From the NCBI RefSeq assembly GCF_006345805.1, contig NC_042999.1, positions 59,148,001 to 59,212,000 on the forward strand: a DNA stretch of 64,000 nt, read 5' to 3'. The first letter of the stretch is position 1. Each line of letters begins with the position of its first letter. Shown here one piece after another: positions 26,786 to 38,785 of this stretch. Made by a program: the position numbers and the translations under genes. The DNA is from Octopus sinensis. Taxonomy: Eukaryota. The notes below the pieces were generated by a model that made no database searches, was not told the origin of the DNA, and saw only the letters and a list, made by a program, of their open reading frames with translations.

Positions 26786-27479
26786 CCTTCTATACCTTCT
26801 TTTACCCAAAGCCAGGAACTTTTCAGCACCACCTCGTAGACTCTCAGGTGAGCCAGATTTGAAGGAAACATGCCATAAAATTTTCTGTTTGGTATCGTTA
26901 GCGGTTCTTCACTGATGGTTGTTAGACTTCACTTTTCATCTCATCTTTCATGGAGCCTCCTCCTTCTCCTCCTTCTTTTCCTCTGAATATCTTTTAAATG
27001 CAAACTGTAATTCAGATGCTTCGTAGCTTAAGAGAATCTCTCACGATAGAGATTTGACTGCTATTTCTTGAAGGCTGACCAACTACATATAATCTTCTTT
27101 AATGCCTCATTGCAACGTTTTCAGCAAATATTGTTGATGTAGGAAGTAACACTGTAGTGTCAATGACACAATGCGAACTATATCGCCGTTAACTTATATA
27201 GATATCCAGCTGCGTCTCTTATATAAATTATCGTATGATAGGTCATAGGATTTGCCAGCAGCTGAAAGCTTCAACATATTCGTAACACATCAGTTATATC
27301 TATTCATAACACTGGAGACTCTATTTGAATAATTACATAATAAATGTTATATCCCTGGCTTGTTTCTTATGTTCACTTGACGTTAAGGCAGATTGTCAAC
27401 AATAATTCATGTATGATCACTTGAAAAATAGAAAACTTTGTCTTTTTTTCTTGCTGAAAAATCAGTAGCAAAAAATGAC

Positions 27480-28310
27480 AGATACTTTTCAATTGTTTAC
27501 TGTTTTGTGTCACTTTTCAGTTTAATTTTGTTGGACGTTGTCGAGTGCGAGGTTTCGCTTCAAGGTGTCACCGAACCTCGGCAGCAGTCTTCCATGATGT
27601 GGTCTACCTGTCGCTAGTTTAGAATATTAACATGTCTTTATGAGACGGTTATTGCTCTTATTTAATTATGGTAGTCTACAGCAGCTGATATCTATTGATC
27701 AACCTATCAAAGCTTGTCATTTCAGCATGTTCAGAGACAAAGGTTGGGTTAATTTTTAGCCCGAGTAAATAACTCGAAGGTAACAATGTTTTAATTGGTG
27801 AAACCATTCAAGCTGCGGCGTAAAGATTTCATGTATTACAAGTTTAAAACATGTGCTGTTACCCACCGTTTGGTGCACAGAGAAATTAGCAGTAGATTTA
27901 AGGTTGTAGTACTTAAACTTTCATAAAGTTTTCTTTATACAGAATGGACTGCACATACCTGTTGTTTATCTCGATATTGATGGTTGAATTTGGAGACAAG
28001 GTATACCCAAGGTATGAAATGCGGGCTGTAAATCGTTATAGTGATATATGGTTGAGTGGAGGATGTTGGTATCCGTAGCAAAGATTGTTGATATTAACTT
28101 TTTGACTGTAATCTCCAGGCGTTGAGGCCCAAGTGATACTTATCATTTGGAGGTAGATTTGGTCATGATTAAATACAGTACTGTCATACGAATTTTCAGT
28201 TTCTGAAACGGTGATTGCTAATGCTTTACACTTCGAGAGAAAAACATCTCCCATTGAACGTAAATTTAGTTTTTACCATTGAATATCCTCAATCGGGAAG
28301 ATGAACCACA
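27480..28310 (-). mobile_element. Decayed RTE-clade LINE (RT C-terminal part)
   Basis: Minus-strand peptides SYLGYTLSPNSTINIEINNR, EHAEMTSFDRLINRYQLL and LATGRPHHGRLLPRFGDTLKRNL follow the RTE motif order. Confidence 0.65.
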
Positions 28311-28321
28311 TAAGATTATTG

Positions 28322-28930
28322 TGCGGGAGTGGCCGTGTGGTAAGTAGCTTGCTTACCGCACCAAGTGAGCGGAGCCACGGAAAGAAAGCAAAGGTCCTAC
28401 TCTGATGTAAAACATGTTAAACATTGCTTTTAGCCATGTATTCATTTTTAATCTCATCTGAATGATAATCATGGTCAATTTTTAATCGTTTAAAGCTACT
28501 TCAGACTTTTTATGCCTGTCTGTCCTTGTCCGTCCCCTCTATGTATTGTCTTATGGCAAATATGAAATAAAGTAGCTTGCTTACTAGCCACATGGTTCCC
28601 GGTTCTGTCCCACTGCGTGACATCTTCGGCAAGTGTCTTCTACTCTAGCCGCGGGCCGACCAAAGCCTTGTGAGTGGATTTGGTAGACGTTAACTGAAAG
28701 AAGCCCGTCGTATATATGTATATGCATATATATATATATATGTATAGGGAAAGTTAACGAAAAAAGCAAAAGAGGAAGACAGATGGTGACAAAACAAACA
28801 GATGTATTAGTATAAGACTCAGGAATAGAAAAAGTCTTTTACGTTTCGAGCCTACGCTCTTCTACAGAAAGGTACACAGAAAAAACAAGGAGAGAAAACA
28901 ATATGTGTAGTGGCTAACGATCTATCATGG

Positions 28931-28970
<40 letters not shown>

Positions 28971-29125
28971 GTGTTTTTGTGTGTCTGTGTTGACAACCGA
29001 TGCTGGTGTGTTTACGTCCCCGTAACTTAGCGGTTCGGCAAAAGATACCGATAGAATAAGTACTAGGCTTACAAAGAATAAGTCATGGGGTAGATTTGCT
29101 CGATTAAAGGCGAAACAAGTAAAAG
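28322..29125 (+). mobile_element. SINE family A split by two nested insertions
   Basis: Head 28322-28356, insert 28357-28569 (15-bp TSD), body 28570-28720, insert ~28745-28935, tail ~28975-29125. Confidence 0.75.
28836..28871 (-). ncRNA. Minimal hammerhead-like motif with variant core (CUGUAGA)
   Basis: Minus strand reads CUUU-CUGUAGA-A-GAGC[GUAG]GCUC-GAAAC-GU-A-AAAG: stems I and II pair, stem III is palindromic ACGU, and A6 is replaced by U. Confidence 0.5.
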
Positions 29126-29863
29126 TGTGAAAGAGTAAATAGGGATGACGTAAAGAGATTTGATTGCAGCTTACCAGTTTTGACGTAAAGTGATGGCCAC
29201 TCTCACTCGAACGATAAAGCTGAGATTTCATCATGTTCCTATGAAGGGAGCCAATGATGTGAAACATCTTCGGGGAAAATAATTATTTTTGTAAGTATTT
29301 TCAACAACGTTTTACAGCATATAAAAGAAGCTTTTTTTCGGATCGTACAGCAAAAAATATACCAATTTGTTGCGCTTCGTTGCATTTTCTTGCAGCTGGA
29401 TTCAAACGTAAACACACACACACACAACACACACACACTTACACACACACACACACTTACACACACACACACACATACACACACACACACGCACTCATAT
29501 ATATATATATGCCAATAAGCAATCAGGACTTAATGATATCTCTCTATATATAAACGGCAAAATGTGTGTGTGTGTGTCCTTTATACAAATCCACAATATT
29601 TCAGTTAGAGGGCTCGCACTTTCTATGGCCATTTATAACCGTCCAAGGGTGGTCGTGCATGTATTTACATTTCCCCAGTCACACAACAAAGCCATTAAAA
29701 AAATTCATAGAAGTGACTTTTTTGTGAATTTTCTATCCAAAACCCAATCAAAATGCCCGAAACTTGATACGCCAATTGAATGCCAGCTAGCTGTATGTGA
29801 TTCGTCGGTGATTTTGACAGTACTCGCGTGTATGTGCGCAGGCACGCAGCTGTATATGCATGC

Positions 29864-29904
29864 ACTAGCACTATGACCCAGGGTTGCCGGGACATAGTGC
29901 TAGT
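29864..29904. repeat. 41-bp hairpin with CTAG ends (Helitron-end-like)
   Basis: actagcactatg / catagtgctagt form a perfect 12-bp inverted repeat enclosing acccagggttgccggga. Confidence 0.6.
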
Positions 29905-30240
29905 ATAATATAAAATAGAAATACTGTCTTTCGTATAATGATTCAGTTAAGAGATCAGCACTGTACACGGAACTATGAATCTTGAAAGTAAGATGACCGA
30001 TAGGACTTCACACTTCTGTATTGAGTTATATATTCCTCTCTTCTTTGTAAACTAGAACATACACGTAAGTATGCATATGTGTGTGCATGTCTTTTTTTAG
30101 ATATATGCTTATGTAATGATACCTAGATTAACACATAGGCATTCATATATGAACGAGCGTTGGTGTACATGAGAGTAAGTGTTTGCCTCTGGAAATATAT
30201 ATATTGATAGTTTCAATATGCTAACACAAAATACACGCGT

Positions 30241-30286
<46 letters not shown>

Positions 30287-30725
30287 TATATATATAGTAT
30301 ATATATTTATGTATATATATGTAATATATGTATATATATATATATATATATTATATTATATTATATATATATATGTGTGGTGTGTGTGTGTGTGTGTGTG
30401 TGTTGTGTGTTGTTTTGTGTGTAGTGCTATCGATTATTGGACGCCCGTGTTTTGTGTATACAAAATATCCATTTGATAGCTAAAGAAAACAGGATTTTGA
30501 AAACAAATTACAAATAACTGCAGGATATTATTCACATTTTTCCCCAATAAACATTGAAATAAATTACATATACATATTATTAAGCTAGCAGAAACAGACG
30601 ATTTTCGTCAATACATGCTGGCCTTCGTTTTGTAAGCTGTTTCGTATTCTATATTATTAATGCAACCAGATACATTAATCAAATGTTTATGTAAATATGT
30701 GTTCTGATAAGTGCACACACACACA

Positions 30726-30797
<72 letters not shown>

Positions 30798-30819
30798 CGT
30801 TATTTATTTATCCTACTTG

Positions 30820-30851
<32 letters not shown>

Positions 30852-31088
30852 CGGATGACCGATTATATTTATTTATAAATTTACATGTATATTACACACA
30901 CGCAAACACAAGCACATGCACGCACACGCGCGCACACACACACACACACACGCGCGCACACACACACACATGCATATATATATAACTGTGTATGTGAGTT
31001 TATGTGTGTGTGAGTTTGTATGTTTGTGTGTATACTTGTAAATACATGAATACATATACTTACAGGTACGTAAATTGCGCAGCTATCT

Positions 31089-31136
<48 letters not shown>

Positions 31137-31193
31137 CAGGAGGTAATAGATCCTGTAGCGTTTTTGCTCAGTTAAACATAAAAATTTTATTGC

Positions 31194-31224
<31 letters not shown>

Positions 31225-31516
31225 TACACACAGACACAAACAAACACATATATATATAGAAATATATATAATATATATATGTGTGTGTGTGTGTATATAT
31301 ATATAATACATATGTTACATATACATATATATATATAATAATATTATAATATATATATATATAATATATATACATACATACACATATATATATATACACA
31401 TACATATATGTATGCATAGATATGTATATATGTATATATATATATATATGTACATCTATATATACATATATATATGTATATACAGACATATATATATATA
31501 ATACATACATACATAC

Positions 31517-31549
<33 letters not shown>

Positions 31550-32198
31550 CATACGTATATATACATAGATAGATATACATACATATGCATACATACATAT
31601 ATATACATATATGTATATATATTATATATATATATAATATATATATATTTGTATATGTACGTATATACATACGTATATGTGACGTATTTCCGAGCATAAA
31701 GAATTACTTAATCTCTATTTATTTTATTGAAAAACTGCTTTGTTATATACAAATAAATTTAATATATTAATTCAAATATATGGCAATTATATCTAAATGT
31801 GTTTTTTATGAACCGCTGAAAATATGCAGCTACAGAAATATATGTGACTGTATGAGAATACGCCTGCATATATATATGTGAATAAAATATATAAATATAT
31901 ATGTATAAATATAGGTACGTGTCAGTTTATGGAATTGTATAAAAACACATATATATACAAATATAGTTGACGCCCGTGAATATTGGAAGGCGACTTCTTG
32001 TACCAAGTCTTAAATTGATCTTGTGAATTTTCCACTATTGTATATACAGAGTTTATACAGAAGTCCTTTGCGCCTTTTAGAATTTAAATGGTATGTATAC
32101 GTGAGTATAGTTGAATTTATGTACCTCTTTAATATAATCTCTGCCGGCCTCATATATACATACATGCACGCGCGCACATACACGCACACGCACACACA

Positions 32199-32231
<33 letters not shown>

Positions 32232-32262
32232 CACACACACACACACACTTTCTCTCTCTCAC

Positions 32263-32391
32263 ACACAAGATGATTATAAAAAGAAATCCAGACAATTTTT
32301 TCAAAAGTGACATTTTGCTCCCCTTGGAGTGATCAGCTGGGTTTGCGATTTCTAAAAGCCAAGAATCATTTATTATTGAAACACTGACCAG
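32263..32391 (-). CDS. Candidate first coding exon; ATG at 32313; MSLLKKLSGFLFIIILC (signal-peptide-like)
   Basis: Acceptor atatctttgcag, A at -3 of the ATG, donor gtgaga in phase 0; joins the 17460 exon to give MSLLKKLSGFLFIIILCNFPEALFFSP. The donor lies at a microsatellite junction and could be chance. Confidence 0.5.
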
Positions 32392-32469
32392 CTGCAAAGA
32401 TATCAACGAATTCTTTCTTCTTTCTCTCCTTCTTCCATTCCTTCCCTTTTTCTTTAACACCTCTTTCAG

Positions 32470-32503
<34 letters not shown>

Positions 32504-32844
32504 ACAAACGCACACACGCGCGCGCTCTCTCTCACTTTCTCCACATTCCTCACCCCCTAGTACTACACTATATCTCTCTCCACCCCTACACACTCAATAA
32601 TACTATGAAAAGAGGCAAAATTCCGGCAAAAGTTCAATTTGACAACTCCACTAGAGTGGACGAACGCGCTAATATATGATATATGATTTATAAAAACATG
32701 TAACATTATAGTAAATATCTGTAAATATAACACATATACATACATATATACATATAAATATATATATAGAGAGAGAGATAGATACAATATATATATATAT
32801 ATAGAGAGAGATATATATATAGAGAGATACATATAGATATATAC

Positions 32845-33005
32845 GACGGGATTCTTTCAGTTTCTGTCTACTAAAACCACTCACAAAACTCTGGTCGGCC
32901 GGAGGCTATAATAGAAGACACTCGCCCAAGGTGCCACGCAGTGGGACTGAACCGGGAGCCATGTGGTTGCTAAGCAAGTTACTTACCACACAGCCACTCC
33001 TGCGC
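32845..33005 (-). mobile_element. SINE family A 5' half
   Basis: Matches the head of 56707-57115. Confidence 0.8.
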
Positions 33006-33184
33006 TTATATTCAATGTTTATTTAAATGTTGGGCGAGTAATACGTATTTGTGGTTGACGTATAGATTAAGTTTCAGCACCCGATATTTCTCCCTGACTC
33101 CTGTTAATAATCTGTTGTTTTAAGTATGTGTGTGCATGTGTATACACACGCAGACACACAAACACACAAACGCACACATACATG

Positions 33185-33803
33185 TAACGGCCTTTTCAAG
33201 CCTATCCGGCTCATGGTCCCGGTTTCCCGGTTTCTGGGGCGTATGTGCTCCCCCCAGCTGGACGGGACGCCAGTCCATCGCAATGTTACTCAAAACACAG
33301 GAAGAAAGAGTGAGGGAAATTTAGAGCAAGCGATTACAACAAGGGTCTCCACCCCACCCCCCTGCCGGAGGCTCGTGGAGCTTTAGCTGTTTTCGCTCAA
33401 TAAACACACACAACGCCCGGTCTGGGAATCGAAACTGCGATCCACCGACCGCAAATCCGCTGCCCTAACCACCGAGCCATTGTGCCTCCACAAATAAATG
33501 CGCCCTTTTAAAGCTTAGCCAGGCTCATGGGCCCGGTTTCCCGGTTTCAATGGCGTATGTGATCCCCAGCTGGACGGGACGCCAGTCCATCTCAGCGTTA
33601 CTCAAGAAACAGGGTTACAGAGTGAGAGAAAGTTGTGGCGAAAGAGTACAACAGGGGTCGCCATCACCCCTGCCGGAGCCTCGTGGAGCTTCTTTGGGTG
33701 TTTTCGCTCAATAAACACACAGAACGCCCAGTGTGGGAATCGAAACCGCGATCCTTCAACCGCGAGTCCGTGGCCCTAACCACTGGGCCATTGCGCTTCC
33801 ACA
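33185..33803 (-). mobile_element. Head-to-tail dimer of two family C SINEs
   Basis: Two units, each the reverse complement of 16216-16527; junction near 33490. Confidence 0.85.
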
Positions 33804-34263
33804 CACACATACACGTACATAGATAAAACCGTGCCAACAGAGAACATGCAAATACATATTTAGCGTGTTGGCAAACGGTTGCCCTCTCGCATATGTTGGT
33901 AGTGATACACAGACATAAACACTTATAGGCAAAGCCAGACAGATACACGAACACAAACACATAACACAAATTTGTATTCAATCTTACTATTTCAGGAATA
34001 TTTAATGACTTCATATATCCTCAGCTTTATGACAGATTCTGATGTTTCCAATACATATTTGTTGGGGCATTTTCTTTTTTGTCACATTCTTATTATCTCC
34101 ATCATCTGTCAACGAGTTTTCATGGCATCTTCTTTATTCCGTTGATGTGAATCACGATACTTTAGTTGAAATTGCCAAGTCTGGTCTGTAAAATACAATA
34201 ACGTTTGTGCCAGAGCTGCAACAGAGTTTTACTAAATTTACTTTGTATGAAACTACATGACGT

Positions 34264-34340
<77 letters not shown>

Positions 34341-34365
34341 ATATCTATCTATCTATCTATCTATC

Positions 34366-34645
34366 AATACCTCAACCGCGAAGGCAAGGCAGTTTTCATC
34401 GTACTGGTGGCTATGATGAAAGAATGTGTGTGGTGGACTCGAGCGAAAGGATTAGAGACAATCACTTACCTCTCTGGCCAATCGCTCATCAACTTTTTCA
34501 AGTACCACTTGAAAAGGAAGGTGAGAATGGAGAAGCAGGTTTTGTCTCGTGAAAGTTTCAAAAAAAGGTGCGTGAATGTAGCAAAGATGGTGCGTGCGAG
34601 TGACGAAACCACTTTGAGCATGATCCTGTAAATTGTTAAAAGAAA

Positions 34646-34702
<57 letters not shown>

Positions 34703-34963
34703 TTGCTCTCATGTGTTTATTTCCTCCCTGCCTGAGGTTACCGTGGTCTTTTCTGTAGGCCTTTCTGCCCACGGATGAACCAAATCTTACTTTAAAAAAA
34801 AATTTGTTTCTATGATACACGATCCCTTTTGATCGCATTTTTTTCCAACTCCTTTTGATCGGAATTTTACATTTGTTTCCTTTTTTGTTCCTTTTTTCTT
34901 TTTCCATCTTTACATTTGTATTTGTCCCCTCTGTATTCAGCCCTGTGTAGTCAATAAAGCAAG
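34366..34963 (+). mobile_element. 5'-truncated Tx1-type retrotransposon (diverged subfamily) inside (TATC)n
   Basis: Encodes the ORF2 C-terminus (65/84 aa identical to the end of 46300-47394 by hand alignment) and a 3' UTR ending aataaagcaag; (TATC)n at 34264-34365 and 34964-35075. Confidence 0.9.
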
Positions 34964-34988
34964 ATATCTATATATCTATCTGTCTGTA

Positions 34989-35075
<87 letters not shown>

Positions 35076-35617
35076 AAATGTATAACAATTGCCGTGCGCG
35101 ACCATCTATATACAGAGATCGTAAGAGAATAATCAGCGGCATATTATATACCAAGTAATTGTTTAAAGAGAATGCCGCGTCTTGTGGATTGAAACATAAC
35201 AATTCAGTGACGTGACATGAAGTGGTTGAATTTTCAGCTGTTAGCTCAATGATATTAGTTATCATAGGATAATTCATATAAGAGACGCAGCTGGAAAATT
35301 ATTTAATGGTTCCAGTTAGACAGTTCACATTCTGACATTGATATTACGGTGTTAGCTCCTACTTCAAGCATCTTTTAGCTTTTAGATTTTACTCGTTTCA
35401 ATCACTGACACGCAGTCATGCTGAGAAGCCGCTTCGAAGTGATTAGTCGAGCAAGTTGGCCCTACTCCTGTTTTTAGATTGATACGTATTCTATAGGTCC
35501 CTGAAGCTAAAAGAAACCAAAGCCAATCGGGGGAGACAAACACAAGGCAGACGCAGAGGCACATGGACACAGACACATGCGCACACGCATACATACATAG
35601 ATACGTGTATATATATA

Positions 35618-35785
35618 TACTCTTTTACTTGTTTCAGTCATTTGACTGTGACCATGCTGGAACACCGCCTTTAGTCGAGCAAATCGACTCCAGTACTTAT
35701 TGTTTGTAAGATTGGTACTTATTCTATTGGTTTTATTTGCCGAACCGCTAAGTTACGGGGATGTAAACACACCAGCATCGGTTAA
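35618..35785 (-). mobile_element. SINE family A 3' half
   Basis: Matches other copies. Confidence 0.8.
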
Positions 35786-36189
35786 TATTAATTTAATAAC
35801 ACCATTAATTTAACACCAAGTGGCTTAGCACATAAAACTAGGGAGGTAATACAAATTTATACATAAATTATGAGAGAGTTACCACTATGTGGATAGCTCT
35901 AGTGCTAAAAATAGCTCCGTTCCTAGTATAGCCACAGAAAAGATTTTCCAAGGAGAAATAACATTACGCTTAACGGAATGAAAGTGAAATATAACGAAAA
36001 AATAGATTGACCCTGAACAATTGTTTCATTACTAATGTAATATGTAATTTTACTTACATAGACATCTATAAATCATCGGCAGAGGTTTGTCTTAAATACA
36101 ATTTATTAGACCCTCACGAGCGTCAAATACACGTGCGGTGGAGTTATTTTAGCACTCTTATATATATATATTATATATAATATATATAT

Positions 36190-36234
<45 letters not shown>

Positions 36235-36299
36235 TATATATATATATGTATGTATATATATATATATATATATTATTATATATATATATATTATATGCA

Positions 36300-36458
36300 T
36301 ATATACGACGGTCTTCTTTCTGTTTCCGTCTTCCAAATCCACTCACAAGGATTTGGTCGACCCGAGGCTATAGTAGAAGACACTTGCCCAAGGTGCCACG
36401 CAGTTGGATTGAACCCGGAACCATGTGGTTCGTAAGCAAGTTACTTACCACACGCCTA
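36300..36458 (-). mobile_element. SINE family A 5' half
   Basis: Matches other copies. Confidence 0.8.
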
Positions 36459-36463
36459 CAAAA

Positions 36464-36582
36464 TGCTTACAGCACTTAGGTTTCCCAATCGGTCACCCAT
36501 CTAAGTACTAACTAGGCTCGATGTGGCTTAACTTCGGTGATCGGACGAGAACCGGTGCTTTGGGCATGATATGGCCGTAAGC
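36464..36582 (-). rRNA. 5S rRNA: Solitary diverged 5S rRNA copy (probable pseudogene)
   Basis: Minus strand reads GCTTACGGCCAT...GCACCGGTTCTCGTCCGATCACCGAAGTTAAGC...GTTAGTACTTAGATGGGTGACCG...GTGCTGTAAGC then ATTTT. Helix I pairs fully; helix II is disrupted. Confidence 0.9.
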
Positions 36583-36829
36583 GTATATATACACACACAC
36601 CCACGATGGTTTTCCATAGTGTTTCCGTCAACCAATTAACTCATAAGGCATTGGACGTCCCTGGCTAATCTTATTAGGAATTTCCTTTAATGATTTTCGT
36701 GTAATTTTTGTGAATTCTTCAAACTTAGTGGTTTATTCTTGATATTCTTAGATTCATTTCTTTTCGTAAATGTATTTTAACTTTTTTTTCCAGCAGTTTT
36801 CATTGAATACCCCAAATTTAAATCTTATC

Positions 36830-37570
36830 CCGGAGACTCTTCATCAACATCGTTGAAGTCATGATAATCTTGTTTAATCTCGAGTGTTATAAGTCACTAA
36901 ACTGTTTGGATTTGGCAGATTTCTAAATCTGATGCTAAGGTCGTCTGGGAAATGCTGGTGGTATATTATCCACGTTCTACAAATAATGTAGCACTCACAA
37001 CAGTGCAGGAGAGAATACAGTTTCAATGATTTAAGACGATCCCAGTAATCAAGATCAGTTTGCCTTTTATTTTTGTTACTCCTTACCGTCTAGGGTAACT
37101 TAATTCTCGTAGTTTTGTTTGATCTGAGGAGAGCACAGGGGCAGCAATATTCTAGGTGCTCTCTGGACCACAAAGGATCCACGAGCTTATCCTGCGAGCC
37201 ACATCCACTTTACTGTTGATTCGAGCAATCCAGACGAGGCTGTTGGCAAGAATTACTCCTAAGTCCTTGCTATTACTGAATGATGTTGTGAGTAGTTCCC
37301 CGGAAGGAAGTGAAAATGGTTGTTTGAGCGAATTATTTTTACTAAGTGCATGAGTTCAAACTTGCCCTCATTTAACCGCATGTTGTTTTGTCCGTCCATT
37401 GGTTTACAGCATGTAGATCAGACTGGAGTTCAGTTCAGGCTTCTTCTCCAGTGATAATTTCCCGGGGCTTGGAGTATCTACGAATAATTTTACGTTACTG
37501 TGTTTGATGATGTTTGAGATGTCGTTTATATAGATTTGATTTTATATTATGATTCAGATTTTGCTCTGGA
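36830..37570 (-). mobile_element. Decayed CR1-type LINE RT fragment
   Basis: Minus-strand IYINDISNIIKHSNVKLF, SDLHAVNQWTD..NMRLNEGKFELMH, KDLGVILANSLVW and YSL-like motifs occur in CR1 order. Confidence 0.8.
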
Positions 37571-38434
37571 GAACTCAATGACCACATTTTATATCAAGAA
37601 TTCATTGATTTCTTTGTTTTGTCATGCATATGTTCAGATCTGGAAAAAAATTGTTTTCCATTTGATGTATTTTCAGATATCCATCTGAATATCTGCTGGT
37701 ACTCAAAAGCTTATCCATGTAATCTACTACCTCCCGTGCACCAGTTTGTATACAAACAACAAACAAATTTCTTTATATGTGTAATGTTTATATATATGTA
37801 CTCTCCTAGCAATTCCTGTTTTTAAAATCTAGTTGATTATACGTAAGCTATCTGCTGTTACATTTGAAGTAATATTATCAATTGCCTCTACTATACATTT
37901 CCATTTGATCTTAGTTTCAAGTACTCACTTCACTCACCAGCTGCACTTTATATTGGCATTTGCTTCTATCATTTTCAAATTGGGTTTTGATTGCATATGA
38001 AAATGCGAATGATGTTCAATATATTGAGATTCTTCGACATTCGCGACTATTTCATACGGTCTTTTTTCCATGATTATCATACGTGATTTCAGTGTATTGC
38101 TTTTTTCATATACTGCTTGGAGACTTCATTGAGTCAACAGTATTATCATATTATTTTTATCACTTTTTATTCTTACCGATTCGATACTATTTTAAATGCA
38201 ACATATATTTTTCCCATATTAACCATATTGACATAACGGTTTATTGTTTTGTCTTTTAAGCTTATAACACATATTGGTCATAATTATTGATGCTTCAAGT
38301 ATTGAAATCTTTTGTGAAGAGAACGACGAAGTTGAAAGCGTCACCAAGCTTATGATGGAAAATATTATTGCATGCAGTTCTCGTACATGGCAAATACTTG
38401 TCGCAATGTGGGTTTGTAGATATTTGAATAGTTC

Positions 38435-38507
<73 letters not shown>

Positions 38508-38556
38508 AATATGCATAAATGTATGTATTTATGTTTGCTTGTATCTGCGTGTATAT

Positions 38557-38780
38557 ATACTCTTTTACTCTTTTACTTGTTTAGTCATTTGACTATGGCC
38601 ATGCTGGAGCACCGCCTTTAGTCGACCAAATCGACTCCAGGACGTATTTTTGTAAGCCTAGTACTTATCATATTGATCTCTTTTGCCGAACCGCTAAGTT
38701 ACGGGTACGTAAACACACCAGCGTCGGTTGTCAAGCGATGCTGGAGTGATAAACACAGACACACAAACATACACACACAT
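38557..38780 (-). mobile_element. SINE family A 3' half
   Basis: Matches other copies; the mariner is inserted in the adjacent TA run. Confidence 0.8.
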
Positions 38781-38785
38781 ATATA

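Noticed and set aside
27830-27890. hAT-like motifs LCTKRWV / AHVLNL
   Set aside because: They overlap in the wrong order and lie within a colinear RTE remnant.
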